This document shows, in pieces, positions 45,145 to 55,408 of a DNA stretch of 64,000 nt. The position numbers and the translations under genes were made by a program. Source of the stretch: Actinomycetota bacterium (lineage in GTDB: Bacteria > Actinomycetota > Acidimicrobiia > Acidimicrobiales > Ilumatobacteraceae). The notes beneath the pieces were generated by a model, which saw nothing but the letters and a program-made list of their open reading frames with translations, was not told the origin of the DNA and did no database searches. The DNA lies in NCBI GenBank assembly GCA_016700055.1, contig CP064997.1:2938514-3002513 (forward strand), written 5' to 3'. The stretch's first letter is position 1. Every line of letters begins with the position of its first letter.

Positions 45145-45831
45145 GTGCACGACCTGCTGTTCATCGAAGACGACGACCCGATCAGGCTCGCCCTGCGCCT
45201 GGCGTTGGAGGACGAGGGCTACTCCGTGCGGGAGGCGCCCGACGGCCTGAGCGGCCTGGCCGCCTTCGCCACCGCCGAGCCCGACCTGGTGCTGCTCGAC
45301 CTGCGCCTTCCGGACCTGAGCGGGTTCGAGGTGTGCCGGTCGATCCGGGCATCGAGCATCGTGCCGATCATCATCGTCACGGCGCAGACCGACACCCACG
45401 ACCTCGTCGCCGGGCTCGAAGCGGGTGCCGACGACTACGTGACCAAACCGGTCGTCCCGAAAGAGCTCGCCGCCCGGATCAGGGCGCACTTGCGCCGGGT
45501 GCAGCTGCACTCGGAGATCCCGACGACGGGCCGCGCCGAACGCTTCGGCGACGTGGAGCTGCGCCGCGACCAGGCCATCGTCGTGAAGGCGGGGCGTGAG
45601 CTGGCGTTGACGAAGACGGAGTACCGGCTGATGTGCGAGTTCGCCGACCATCCGAACATGGTGCTGTCCAGGGATCAGCTCCTGGAGCGGGTGTGGGGCT
45701 ACGACTACCTCGGCGACAGCAGGCTCGTCGACGCCCACGTTCGCCGCCTGCGGGTGAAGGTGGAGGATCAGCCCGACGACCCCCGCCTGATCGTGACCGT
45801 GCGCGGCATCGGCTACCGCCTGATCAGCTGA
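45145..45831 (+). CDS. OmpR-family response regulator (MtrA-like)
   Basis: GTG 45145 (VHDLLFIEDDD); DLVLLDLRLPD, GADDYVTKP, winged-helix TVRGIGYRL. Confidence 0.9.
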   Translation: MHDLLFIEDDDPIRLALRLALEDEGYSVREAPDGLSGLAAFATAEPDLVLLDLRLPDLSGFEVCRSIRASSIVPIIIVTAQTDTHDLVAGLEAGADDYVTKPVVPKELAARIRAHLRRVQLHSEIPTTGRAERFGDVELRRDQAIVVKAGRELALTKTEYRLMCEFADHPNMVLSRDQLLERVWGYDYLGDSRLVDAHVRRLRVKVEDQPDDPRLIVTVRGIGYRLIS

Positions 45832-46618
45832 GCTCGGTGGCCCGACCCGCTCGCGGCGGCCAGCGCGGGGACCGCTTCTCGACGAAGGCGGTGATCCCCT
45901 CGGCGGCCTCGGCCCCGCCGAACAGGGCCTCCGAGAGGGCCTGCATCCGGCTGAAGGCCTCGTCCAGCGGAAGCCCGGGGACCTCGTGCAGCAGCCGCTT
46001 GGTCGCCGCCGTGGCCGCCGGGGCGCTGGAGACGATCGCCGCGCAGAGACCGGCCACCGTCGCGTCGACATCTGCGCTCACGTGGGTGACGAGACCGATC
46101 TGGCGGGCGTGGTCGGCGTCGAAGACCTGGCCGGTGAGGAACGGCGCCGTGAGCTGGGCGGCACCGACGCGGCGCAGGATCGGCACGGAGATGATCGCCG
46201 GAGCGACGCCGATGCGTACTTCGGTGAACGCGAAGTCGACTGCGGGGTCGACGACCACGAGGTCGCAGGCGGCCATCACGCCGATGCCCCCAGCCCGCAC
46301 CGGGCCCTTGACGGCGGCGATCGTCGGTACGTCGGATTCCATCAGCACTCGCATCGCCCTCACCATCGGCGACGAGGAGCTGCCCGCCGGCGTGGAACCG
46401 CCGGCCGCCGCGCGCTCCTTCAGGTCGGCGCCAGCGCAAAACGCGGGTGGGCAGTGGGTGAGCACGATCACACGGGCTTCGCCGGCCAGAGCGTCGTCGA
46501 GCGCGGCGTTCAGCCCGGCGACGAGCGCGCGGGACAAGGCGTTGCGGTTGCCGGGGGAGTCGAGCGTGATCGTGGCCACCTCGTCGTGCACGTCGAGCCT
46601 GACCGGGTGTTCTGCCAC
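45824..46618 (-). CDS. enoyl-CoA hydratase/isomerase (crotonase fold)
   Basis: ITLDSPGNRNAL, FCAGADLKE, GGIGVMAACD; GTG start. Confidence 0.85.
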   Translation of the reverse strand: MAEHPVRLDVHDEVATITLDSPGNRNALSRALVAGLNAALDDALAGEARVIVLTHCPPAFCAGADLKERAAAGGSTPAGSSSSPMVRAMRVLMESDVPTIAAVKGPVRAGGIGVMAACDLVVVDPAVDFAFTEVRIGVAPAIISVPILRRVGAAQLTAPFLTGQVFDADHARQIGLVTHVSADVDATVAGLCAAIVSSAPAATAATKRLLHEVPGLPLDEAFSRMQALSEALFGGAEAAEGITAFVEKRSPRWPPRAGRATELS

Positions 46619-46636
46619 GCGTCGGACAGTACCGGC

Positions 46637-48541
46637 TCAGGTGGTGCCGGTGATCGAGCGCAAGAACTCCTCGGCCTCGGCGCGATGACGGGTGCGGCGC
46701 ATCGGCGGCAGGGCGCGGATGATGTCCCAGCGGTAGCCGGCCGTGCCGAGCCGGCGGTCGAGCACGGCCACCACCCCGCGGTCGGTCGTCGAGCGCACCA
46801 GCCGGCCGGCGGCCTGCGCGAGCAAGGTGGCCGCGCGCGGCACGTCGATCTCGGCGAACGCGGCGGGTCCGAGCAGCTCTCGGCGAGCGGAGAGCAACGG
46901 GTCGTCGGGTCGAGGGAACGGGATGCGGTCGACGACGACGAGCGACAACGAACGACCGGGCACGTCGACCCCTTGGAAGAACCCGGAGGTGGCGAAGAGG
47001 CAGACGGACTCGTCGTCGGTGAACTGCTTGAGGAGCGCCGGCTTGGGCAGGTCACGCTGGGTGAGGACGGGATACGCCAGCCGCGGGCGCAGCGCCTCGG
47101 CGGCGGCATCCATTGCCCGGTAGCTGGTGAACAGCGCCAAGGTGCGACCTTCCGCGGCCTCGATCAACGCGGCGAGCTCGTCGTGCGCGGCGTCGCGAAA
47201 GCCGCCATGGCGCGGGTCGGGCAGGTGCATCGCGCAGTACAGCAGGGCCTGCGTCGCGTAGTCGAACGGGCTTCCGACGTCGATCGACTCGTGACCGTGC
47301 GCGTCGAGGCCGACTCGTCGAGCGAGCGAAGCGGGGATGGTCGCGCTCGTCAGCACCGCGGTGGTCTTCGACCAGACACCTCGCTGGAGCAGCGGCCCGA
47401 CGTCGAGCGGGGCGATCTCGAGCCGCGGGTGCTCGGGCCCTCCGGCGACGTAGGCGACGTGGCCCTCCCGGGCGCCGAGCGCGACGTCGAGTGCCTCTGC
47501 CAGCCGGGTGGCTGCGGTCACGCCGCGCAGCTTGCGTTGCTTCGCGTCTTCCACCTCGGTGGTGATCGCGCGCAGCACGTCGAGTGATGCCTGCACGGCC
47601 TGCCGGCAGGACAGCACGGCGTCGGACACCTCGGGCGGCAGCGGGTGGGGCAGGCGGGTGCCGAGCAGGGGGGCGAGTGCGTCACGGAGCTGTAGCCCGC
47701 TGTCGGTGACCCGAGCGAGGAGCTGGGGGTCCGCCACGATGCGCCCGAGGGCGGCGACGAGGAACCGCAGCCGGCCCGCCCCGAGCGACACGCCGACGGT
47801 GTCGCTCATGATGTCTTCCAACTGGTGGGCCTCGTCCACGACGAGCACCTCGTGCTCGGGCAGCAGCACCCCGCCGCTGCCGACGTGCAGCCCGTACAGG
47901 TGGGTGTTGACGACGACGACGTCGGCGCCGGTGGCCCGCCGCCGCGCTTGCTCGGCGAAGCACGGCTCACCCAGCGGGCAGCGGCTCGCGCCGGGGCACT
48001 CGTCGCTGCCGACGCTCACGGACCGCCACGCGCGCTCGCTAGGCGACCACGCGAGCTCTGCCGCGTCGCCCGTCGGCGAGGTCTTCGCCCATTGGTCGAG
48101 GCGCACCACCTCTGCCCGGATGCTGGAGCCGAGGTCGTCCAGTTCGAGCTGGCCCTGCTCGCCGGCGGTGAGCTCGTGCAGCCGCTGTAGGCACACGTAG
48201 TTGCTGCGCCCCTTCAAGACCGCCCAGGTGAACGGGTCGCGGCCCGTGTGGAGGGCGAGCTGTCCGGCGACGAACGGCAGGTCCTTCGTCGCGAGCTGGT
48301 CCTGGAGCGCCTTCGTGGCCGTGGCGACGACGACGCGCCGACCGGACAGTGCGGCCGGCACCAGGTAGGCGAGCGTCTTACCGGTTCCCGTGCCGGCCTG
48401 GACGACGAGGTGACGGTGCGTGTCGATGCTGCGGGCGATCTCGCCTGCCATGCGCTCCTGGCCCGGGCGGTGCTCGCAAGCCGCGAGCCCACCGGCAACG
48501 GCGCGCAACGCGCCGACGACGTCGTCGGTCGTCGGGCTCAC
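46637..48541 (-). CDS. dinG: ATP-dependent DNA helicase, DinG/XPD (Rad3-like) family
   Basis: GTG 48541 in GTGA overlap with uppS stop; QAGTGTGKT Walker A, VVDEAHQLED, four-Cys Fe-S region (VCLQ...ECPGASRCPLGEPC). Confidence 0.85.
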   Translation of the reverse strand: MSPTTDDVVGALRAVAGGLAACEHRPGQERMAGEIARSIDTHRHLVVQAGTGTGKTLAYLVPAALSGRRVVVATATKALQDQLATKDLPFVAGQLALHTGRDPFTWAVLKGRSNYVCLQRLHELTAGEQGQLELDDLGSSIRAEVVRLDQWAKTSPTGDAAELAWSPSERAWRSVSVGSDECPGASRCPLGEPCFAEQARRRATGADVVVVNTHLYGLHVGSGGVLLPEHEVLVVDEAHQLEDIMSDTVGVSLGAGRLRFLVAALGRIVADPQLLARVTDSGLQLRDALAPLLGTRLPHPLPPEVSDAVLSCRQAVQASLDVLRAITTEVEDAKQRKLRGVTAATRLAEALDVALGAREGHVAYVAGGPEHPRLEIAPLDVGPLLQRGVWSKTTAVLTSATIPASLARRVGLDAHGHESIDVGSPFDYATQALLYCAMHLPDPRHGGFRDAAHDELAALIEAAEGRTLALFTSYRAMDAAAEALRPRLAYPVLTQRDLPKPALLKQFTDDESVCLFATSGFFQGVDVPGRSLSLVVVDRIPFPRPDDPLLSARRELLGPAAFAEIDVPRAATLLAQAAGRLVRSTTDRGVVAVLDRRLGTAGYRWDIIRALPPMRRTRHRAEAEEFLRSITGTT

Positions 48542-49236
48542 GAACGCGCGAGCGCGATCGCGCGGTCGAGCTCGGCGGCGTCGAACTCGGGCCAGGTGCA
48601 CTCGGTGAAGTACACGTGGCAGCCGGCGATCTGCCACAGCAAGAAGTTGGAGATGCGCTGCTCGCCGGACGTGCGCACCAGCACGTCGACGGGTGGGAGC
48701 GAGGGTAGGTAGAGGTGCGCGGCCAGGTGCTCGGCGGTGGGCGACTCACCGGCTGCGCGCAGCTCGTGGGCGGCGTGCACCAGCTCGGCATGGCTGCCGT
48801 AGTCGAACGCCACCGTCAGCACCATCCCGGTGTTCTGCGCGGTGTCGGCGATCGCCTTGCGGATCGCCCGCTGGACGTGTTTCGGCGTGAGGGCGCCGGG
48901 CGAGTCGAACGGGCGGCCGATCCACTGCACCCGCACGTTCAGCTCGTTCAGCTCGGCGACCCGGCCGAAGAGCTTGCGGTGCAGCCCGATGATGTGGCGT
49001 ACCTCGCCGCGGGGGCGGACCCAGTTCTCGGTGGAGAACCCGAACACCGTCAGCCAGCCGACGTCGCGGGCGACGGCCGAGCGCACCACGGCGGCCAGGT
49101 TCTCCTCGCCCTCGGTGTGCCCGGCGGTGCGCGGCAGCCCGCGGCGCTTCGCCCACCGTCCGTTGCCGTCCATGATGCACGCGATGTGCAGCCCTGGCCC
49201 GAGCGGGCTCGGGGGCGACGGAGCGGGGGGCGGCAC
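48538..49236 (-). CDS. uppS: cis-prenyltransferase (undecaprenyl/decaprenyl-diphosphate synthase family), catalytic motifs intact, C-terminal RxG tail absent
   Basis: IMDGNGRWAKRRG, GHTEG, FGFSTENWVRP, VRTSGEQRISNFLLWQ; ends ...WPEFDAAELDRAIALARS-stop. Confidence 0.9.
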   Translation of the reverse strand: MPPPAPSPPSPLGPGLHIACIMDGNGRWAKRRGLPRTAGHTEGEENLAAVVRSAVARDVGWLTVFGFSTENWVRPRGEVRHIIGLHRKLFGRVAELNELNVRVQWIGRPFDSPGALTPKHVQRAIRKAIADTAQNTGMVLTVAFDYGSHAELVHAAHELRAAGESPTAEHLAAHLYLPSLPPVDVLVRTSGEQRISNFLLWQIAGCHVYFTECTWPEFDAAELDRAIALARS

Positions 49237-49286
49237 GGGTGCCGACGATACTTGCGCCGGGTCCCCATGGCGGGCCGTTCCCGGTG

Positions 49287-49306
49287 CGGACGTGAGCGGA
49301 CGTGAG
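49287..49306 (+). repeat. perfect tandem duplication GCGGACGTGA x2 in the divergent uppS / uppS-like gap
   Basis: Read directly; 12 nt upstream of the GTG 49318 start. Confidence 0.7.
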
Positions 49307-49317
49307 AGGATGCGCCG

Positions 49318-49869
49318 GTGCCCTCCCCGCGCTCAGACCGCTCAGCGGAGCCGTTGCCGCTGACGCACGTGATGCTCGTCGGGGGCACCGTCGGCGAATG
49401 GGCCCAGCTCGACGAGGAGCGTTGGTTGCAGCGGGCGAGTGCCCTCGGCGACGCCGCCCGAGCTGCGGGTTGCCGCTGGCTGACCCTGCACCCGTACGGC
49501 CCCGACACCTCGGCAACCGTCGCCGCGGCGCCGTGGACGCTGGAACGCGACGGGTGCACGGTGATCGTCGATCCCGAGCCCGACGGGCGCGCCAGACTGC
49601 TGCGCGGCATGCAGCGGCTCGCGCCAGAAGCGGCGCTCGACGAAGCCGCACTTGCCGCGGCCGTGCTCGCGCCCGCCGCCTGCGATCCGGATCTCGTCGT
49701 CGTGCTCGGGCCCCCCGATCGCCTGCCGCCCTCGCTCGTCTGGGAGCTCGCCTACAGCGAGCTCGTCTACCTCGACGTGGCGTGGCCCGACCTCGACGTC
49801 GAGCACCTCCGCGCCGCGCTCGACGAGTACGCCGGGCGCGATCGCCGCTTCGGCGGGGTGTCCTCGTGA
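49318..49869 (+). CDS. degenerate UppS-like (cis-prenyltransferase fold) protein lacking catalytic N-terminal motifs but retaining C-terminal RRFGG
   Basis: HVMLVGGTVGEWA in place of HVAIIMDGNGRWA; PDLVVVLGPPDRLPPSLVWELAYSELVYLDVAWPDLD...YAGRDRRFGG parallels UppS C-terminal half; GTG start; GTGA overlap with recO. Confidence 0.65.
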   Translation: MPSPRSDRSAEPLPLTHVMLVGGTVGEWAQLDEERWLQRASALGDAARAAGCRWLTLHPYGPDTSATVAAAPWTLERDGCTVIVDPEPDGRARLLRGMQRLAPEAALDEAALAAAVLAPAACDPDLVVVLGPPDRLPPSLVWELAYSELVYLDVAWPDLDVEHLRAALDEYAGRDRRFGGVSS

Positions 49870-50585
49870 ACCCGCTGTACCGCGACACCGGTGTCGTGCT
49901 GCGCACCTACAAGCTGGGTGAGGCGGACCGCATCGTCGTCATCCTCACCGAGGCCCACGGCAAGGTGCGGGCGGTGGCCAAGGGGGTGCGCAAGACCGGT
50001 TCGCGCTTCGGCGCCCGCATGGAGCCGATGAGCCACGTCCGGCTGCTGCTGTACCGCGGCCGCGAGCTCGACATCGTGAGCCAGGCCGACTCCGTCGACT
50101 CGCTGCGGCCGCTGCTCGACCACCTCGACATCGCCACCCAAGGCCTCGCGCTGCTCGAAGCCGTCGACCAGCTCGCCCCCGACCGTGAGCCGGTGCCCCA
50201 GCTGTACCGGATGCTCGTCGGTGCCCGGCGGACGCTTGCCGAGCGACCCTCGCCACTCGTCGTCGCGGCGTTCTACTGGAAGCTCCTCGCCGCCGAGGGT
50301 GTGCGGCCCGAGCTCGACGTGTGCGTGTCGTGCGGCGAGGCGGGCGACCTGGTGGCGTTCGACCTGGCCGAAGGCGGGGTGTCGTGCCGGCAGTGCCGCG
50401 GCGGGGTCGCGATCTCGGGGGAGGCGTTGACGCTGTTGCGCAGCGTCCTCGGAGGTCGGCTCAACGAGGCCCTGGCGGAGCCGTCGTCGTCGACCACGGC
50501 CGAGGTGACGCACCTCGCGACGAAGGCGGTGGAGCACCACCTGGAGCGCCGGCTGCGCACCGTGGCGATGTTCGAGCAGCACTGA
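49866..50585 (+). CDS. recO: DNA repair protein RecO
   Basis: GTG 49866 (VNPLYRDTGVVLRTYKLGEADRIV); zinc motif CVSCG...CRQC. Confidence 0.9.
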   Translation: MNPLYRDTGVVLRTYKLGEADRIVVILTEAHGKVRAVAKGVRKTGSRFGARMEPMSHVRLLLYRGRELDIVSQADSVDSLRPLLDHLDIATQGLALLEAVDQLAPDREPVPQLYRMLVGARRTLAERPSPLVVAAFYWKLLAAEGVRPELDVCVSCGEAGDLVAFDLAEGGVSCRQCRGGVAISGEALTLLRSVLGGRLNEALAEPSSSTTAEVTHLATKAVEHHLERRLRTVAMFEQH

Positions 50586-50617
50586 TCGCGCCCATCTACG
50601 CGTAGCCTCTGCCCACT

Positions 50618-51928
50618 ATGCCGGCGTCGGATCTCGACCAGATCGTCAACCTCTGCAAGCGCCGTGGGTTCGTCTTCCCATCGGCTGAGATCTACGGCGG
50701 TTTCCGCTCCAGCTACGACTACGGGCCACTCGGTTCGCTGATGCTGCGCAACGTGCGTGAGGCGTGGATATCCACCATGGTGCAACAACGCGACGACGTG
50801 GTGCTGATCGATGCCGCCGTGCTCGGCCCGCCCCAGGTGTTCGAGGCCAGCGGCCACCTGTCCAGCTTCAGCGACCCGCTGGTCGACTGCAAGGAGTGCA
50901 AGCAGCGCTTCCGCGACGACCACCTGGAAGACCACGAGGTGTGCCCGAACTGCGGCGCGAAGGGCTCGTTCACCGAGGCGCGCGAGTTCAACCTGATGTT
51001 CAAGACCACCGCCGGTCCGGTCGAGGCCCAGGGCGCCGAGGTCTACCTGCGCCCGGAGACCGCGCAGGGGATGTTCGTCAACTTCGCGAACGTCCTGCAG
51101 ACGAGCCGCAAGAAGCCACCCTTTGGCATCGCCCAGGTCGGCAAGAGCTTCCGCAACGAGATCACGCCGGGCAACTTCATCTTCCGCACCCGCGAGTTCG
51201 AGCAGATGGAGCTGGAGTACTTCGTACCCCCCGAAGAGGGGCCGCGTTGGTACGAGTACTGGTGCCAGGCGCGTCTCGACTGGTACGTCGGGCTCGGCAT
51301 CCCCCCCGAAATGCTGCGCCTGCGTGCCCACGACGCCGACGAGCTGAGCCACTACTCCGCCGGTACGTCAGACGTCGAGTTCCTCTACCCGTGGGGGTGG
51401 GGCGAGCTCGAAGGGATCGCCCAGCGCACCGACTTCGACCTCACCCAGCACGCCAAGCATTCCGGCGAGCGCCTCGACTACTTCGACCAGGCGTCGGGCG
51501 AGCGTTACGTGCCGTACGTGATCGAGCCCGCCGCCGGGGTGAACAGGGCGATGGCCGCGTTCTTGCTCGCCGCGTACGACGAAGACGTCGTCAACGACGA
51601 GACCCGCACCGTGTTGCGCCTCGATCCGCGGCTCGCGCCGTACAAGGTGGCGGTGCTGCCGCTGTCCAAGAAGGACACGCTCACCCCCCTCGCGAAGCAG
51701 GTCTACGCGACGCTCGCCGAGCGCTACATGTGCGACTACGACGAGACCCAGGCGATCGGGCGCCGGTACCGCCGCCAGGACGAGATCGGCACCCCCTACT
51801 GCGTCACGGTCGACTTCGACTCCCTCGACGACGGCGCAGTCACCATCCGCGAGCGCGACACCACCGCCCAGGTACGCGTGCCCGTAGATGCTCTGGCGGG
51901 CGAGCTCGCCGCGCGGCTCGGCTGCTAG
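50618..51928 (+). CDS. glyQS: glycine--tRNA ligase (class II, alpha2 type)
   Basis: [47 protein letters not shown], anticodon-binding C-terminus. Confidence 0.95.
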   Translation: MPASDLDQIVNLCKRRGFVFPSAEIYGGFRSSYDYGPLGSLMLRNVREAWISTMVQQRDDVVLIDAAVLGPPQVFEASGHLSSFSDPLVDCKECKQRFRDDHLEDHEVCPNCGAKGSFTEAREFNLMFKTTAGPVEAQGAEVYLRPETAQGMFVNFANVLQTSRKKPPFGIAQVGKSFRNEITPGNFIFRTREFEQMELEYFVPPEEGPRWYEYWCQARLDWYVGLGIPPEMLRLRAHDADELSHYSAGTSDVEFLYPWGWGELEGIAQRTDFDLTQHAKHSGERLDYFDQASGERYVPYVIEPAAGVNRAMAAFLLAAYDEDVVNDETRTVLRLDPRLAPYKVAVLPLSKKDTLTPLAKQVYATLAERYMCDYDETQAIGRRYRRQDEIGTPYCVTVDFDSLDDGAVTIRERDTTAQVRVPVDALAGELAARLGC

Positions 51929-51945
51929 CGCGACCCGACACGAGC

Positions 51946-52734
51946 GTGGCCACCTACCTAGACCGCATCCTCGCCCGCCATCGCGCGGTCGCCGCCCGCG
52001 ACGAGCGGCCGCTCGACGCCTTGACCGCTCTCGCCGCGCAGGCTCCGGCCACCCGCGGCTTCACCGCGTTCCTGCGCGAGTCGTCGACGGGCGCACTGGC
52101 GGTGATCAGCGAGATCAAGCGCCGATCGCCGTCGAAGGGGGAGCTGCATCCCGATCTCGACCCGGCAGCGATGGCGCGTGCCTACGAGGCGGGTGGGGCA
52201 GCGTGCCTGTCTGTGCTCACCGATGCCGAGTTCTTCGGCGGTTCGCCGGCCGATCTGCAAGCGGCGCGGGCTTCATGCACGCTGCCGGTGCTGCGCAAGG
52301 ACTTCACCGTCTGTCGCCACGACGTGTGCGACGCCCGGCTGATGGGTGCCGACGCGGTGCTGCTCATCGCCGCCGCTCTCGATCCCGACGAACTGGTCGA
52401 CCTGCATCGCTTCGCGGTGGGGCTCGGCCTCGACGTGCTGGTCGAGGTGCACGACGAGCGTGAGCTGGACCAGGCGCTCGCCGCCGGGGCCGACCGACTG
52501 ATCGGTGTCAACCAGCGTGACCTGGTGACGTTCCAGGTGGACCACGAGCGGGCGGCGCGGATGGCAGGCCTGATCCCGGCGGGTGCGGTGAAGGTCGCCG
52601 AGAGCGGGGTGCGCGGTCCCGACGACGCGCGGGCGCTGCGGGCTGCGGGCTACGACGCGGTGCTCGTTGGTGAGACGCTGGTCACCGCGGCCGACCCCGA
52701 GGCCGCCGTGCGAAACCTCCGCGTTCGCGGGTAG
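51946..52734 (+). CDS. trpC: indole-3-glycerol-phosphate synthase
   Basis: GTG 51946 (VATYLDRIL); ISEIKRRSPSKG, LRKDF, LVEVH, GVNQRDL. Confidence 0.9.
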   Translation: MATYLDRILARHRAVAARDERPLDALTALAAQAPATRGFTAFLRESSTGALAVISEIKRRSPSKGELHPDLDPAAMARAYEAGGAACLSVLTDAEFFGGSPADLQAARASCTLPVLRKDFTVCRHDVCDARLMGADAVLLIAAALDPDELVDLHRFAVGLGLDVLVEVHDERELDQALAAGADRLIGVNQRDLVTFQVDHERAARMAGLIPAGAVKVAESGVRGPDDARALRAAGYDAVLVGETLVTAADPEAAVRNLRVRG

Positions 52735-52758
52735 GCCAACGGGTACGGTCGGTCCGCG

Positions 52759-53415
52759 ATGTTCGTGAAGATCTGCGGGATCACCACCGAGGACGACGCG
52801 TTGTTGGCCGTGGCGCTCGGAGCCGACGCCCTCGGGTTCGTGTTCGCGCCGTCGCCGCGCCAGGTCGCCGCACAGGCGGTCTACGACATCACCCGGCGGC
52901 TGCCCCGCGAGATCCTCACGGTCGGCGTGTTCCGCGACGACCTGCCCGACCGGGTGATCGACGTCGCCGGACGCGCTGGCGTGAAGGCGGTGCAGCTCCA
53001 CGGGCACGAGACGCCCGAGCAGGTGGCCGAAGTGGCCGAGCGCGTGCGCTGGGTGATCAAGGCAGTCGCCGCCGGGTCCCCCGACGCGAGGCGCGCCGAC
53101 CGTTTCGGCACCGACTTCGTACTGGTCGACGCGCGGTCGCCAGGATCGGGCGAGGTGTTCGACTGGTCGCTGATCGACGAGATCCCCGAGGGCCCGAAGC
53201 TGATCCTCGCCGGAGGGCTCGACGCCGACAACGTCGGCCCGGCCGTGCGGCGGGTGAGGCCGTGGGGCGTCGACGTGTCGACGGGAGTCGAGCGGGAGCC
53301 CGGGCGCAAGGACCCGTTGAAGCTGAAGTCCTTCATCGCCTGTGCGCGGGCCGCGGCGCCCCAGCCCTACCTCGGACCCGATGAGCTTCCCTACGACTGG
53401 GCCGACGACGAATAG
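52759..53415 (+). CDS. trpF: phosphoribosylanthranilate isomerase
   Basis: MFVKICGIT, GADALGFVF, VQLHG, LAGGL. Confidence 0.9.
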   Translation: MFVKICGITTEDDALLAVALGADALGFVFAPSPRQVAAQAVYDITRRLPREILTVGVFRDDLPDRVIDVAGRAGVKAVQLHGHETPEQVAEVAERVRWVIKAVAAGSPDARRADRFGTDFVLVDARSPGSGEVFDWSLIDEIPEGPKLILAGGLDADNVGPAVRRVRPWGVDVSTGVEREPGRKDPLKLKSFIACARAAAPQPYLGPDELPYDWADDE

Positions 53416-53477
53416 ACCGCCGCGACGCGGGCTGAAGCGAGTGGGCCGGCCCGGTGACGTCGTGAGAGGATCAGTCG

Positions 53478-54638
53478 ATGTCGCTGATGGCCGATCCCTC
53501 CTCCAGCGGCCGTTTCGGCGAGTTTGGCGGCCGTTTCGTACCCGAAACGCTCGTCCCCGCGTGCATCGAGCTCGAGCGCGCGTTCACCGAGGCCTGGGCC
53601 GACGACGGCTTCCGCCGCGAGCTCGCCGACACGCTGCGTGACTACACCGGCAGGCCCTCGATCCTGACCGAGTGCAAGAACCTGGGCGCCAAGCTCGGCC
53701 TGCGCCTGGTGCTGAAGCGGGAAGACCTGAACCACACCGGCTCGCACAAGATCAACAACGTGATCGGCCAGGCGCTGCTCGCGAAGCGGATGGGCAAGCG
53801 TCGCCTGGTGGCCGAGACCGGTGCCGGCCAGCACGGCGTGGCCAGCGCGACGGCCGCGGCGCTGATGGGCCTGGAGTGCAAGGTGTACATGGGCGCGGTC
53901 GATGTCGCCCGCCAGCAGCTGAACGTGTTCCGGATGCGCCTGCTCGGGTCCGAGGTGGAGGCCGTCGAGAGCGGCAGCAGGACCCTGAAAGACGCGGTCA
54001 ACGAGGCGATGCGTGACTGGGTGGCCACTGTGGAGGACACCCACTATTGCCTCGGCTCGGTGATGGGCCCCCACCCGTACCCGTGGATGGTGCGGGAGCT
54101 GCATCGCGTGATCGGCGACGAGGCGCGCGAGCAGTGCCGTGCACTGCTCGGGGCCGATCCCGACGTCGTCGTCGCCTGTGTCGGCGGCGGGTCGAACGCG
54201 ATCGGCATCTTCTCCGGCTTCGTCGACACCGCCGCCCGCCTCGTCGGGGTGGAGCCCGCGGGGGGAGCAGCGATCGGGCGCGGTCAGCCAGGTGTGGTGC
54301 ACGGCATGCGCAGCTTCCTGCTACAGGACGAGCACGGCCAGGTGATGGAGGCCCACTCGGTGTCCGCCGGCCTCGACTACCCCGGGGTCGGCCCCGAGCA
54401 CTCGCACCTGGCGTCGATCGGGCGTGCCGAATACCCCGCCGTCGACGACGCCGAGGTGATCGACGCCTTCGCGCTGCTCGCTCGCACCGAGGGCATCATC
54501 CCCGCGCTGGAACCCGCCCACGCCCTGGCCTGGATCGTGCGTGAAGCCCACCAGCTTCAGGGCCGCACGGTGCTGATGAACCTGTCCGGGCGCGGCGACA
54601 AGGACGTCGCCCAGATGATGGAGCTGCTCGACCGATGA
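53478..54638 (+). CDS. trpB: tryptophan synthase beta chain
   Basis: [44 protein letters not shown]. Confidence 0.95.
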   Translation: MSLMADPSSSGRFGEFGGRFVPETLVPACIELERAFTEAWADDGFRRELADTLRDYTGRPSILTECKNLGAKLGLRLVLKREDLNHTGSHKINNVIGQALLAKRMGKRRLVAETGAGQHGVASATAAALMGLECKVYMGAVDVARQQLNVFRMRLLGSEVEAVESGSRTLKDAVNEAMRDWVATVEDTHYCLGSVMGPHPYPWMVRELHRVIGDEAREQCRALLGADPDVVVACVGGGSNAIGIFSGFVDTAARLVGVEPAGGAAIGRGQPGVVHGMRSFLLQDEHGQVMEAHSVSAGLDYPGVGPEHSHLASIGRAEYPAVDDAEVIDAFALLARTEGIIPALEPAHALAWIVREAHQLQGRTVLMNLSGRGDKDVAQMMELLDR

Positions 54639-55408
54639 GCGGCCGACTCGAGGCCGAGCTGCGCGCGAAGCGTGCGGCGGGGCGCAAGCTGCTCGTGCCG
54701 TACGTCACGGGGGGGCTGCGTGGCTGGGAGGAAGCGATCCGCGCGGCGGCCGCCTCCGGAGCCGACGCGGTCGAGATCGGCATCCCCTTCTCCGACCCGG
54801 TGATGGACGGTCCCGTGATCCAGGCTGCGTCGCAGCAGGCGCTCGACGACGGGGCGACACCGCCCGCGATCCTCGACGCGGCGAGGCACCTCGACGTCGG
54901 GATCCCACTCGTCGTGATGACCTACTACAACACCGTCCACCATGCCGGCCACGAGCGCTTCGCCGCCCAGCTCGAAGCCAGCGGCATCAGCGGGGCGATC
55001 GTGCCCGACCTGCCCCTCGAGGAAGCGGGCCCGTGGTGCCTCGCCGCCGACGACGCAGGGGTGGAGACGGTGCTGCTCGCCGCGCCGACGGCACCGGACG
55101 AGCGCCTGCCGCGGATCTGTGCGAGGGCGAGGGGCTTCGTGTACTCCGTCGGCCTGCTCGGCGTGACCGGCGAGCGCAAGCAGCTCGCGGCGACGGCTTC
55201 GGCGCTCGCCGCGCGACTGAAGGCGATCACCGACCTGCCCGTGCTGGTCGGTGTCGGTGTGTCCGACGCCGCGCAGGCGGCCGAGGCGGTGCTCGTCGCC
55301 GACGGGGTCGTGCAGGGGGCGTCGGTGGTGCGCCGCTTGATGGAGCACGGGCCTGACGCAGTCGGTGACTACGTGGCCGAGGTCCGCTCGGCGCTCGACC
55401 GCCGGTGA
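54635..55408 (+). CDS. trpA: tryptophan synthase alpha chain
   Basis: ATGA overlap with trpB; [22 protein letters not shown]. Confidence 0.95.
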   Translation: MSGRLEAELRAKRAAGRKLLVPYVTGGLRGWEEAIRAAAASGADAVEIGIPFSDPVMDGPVIQAASQQALDDGATPPAILDAARHLDVGIPLVVMTYYNTVHHAGHERFAAQLEASGISGAIVPDLPLEEAGPWCLAADDAGVETVLLAAPTAPDERLPRICARARGFVYSVGLLGVTGERKQLAATASALAARLKAITDLPVLVGVGVSDAAQAAEAVLVADGVVQGASVVRRLMEHGPDAVGDYVAEVRSALDRR

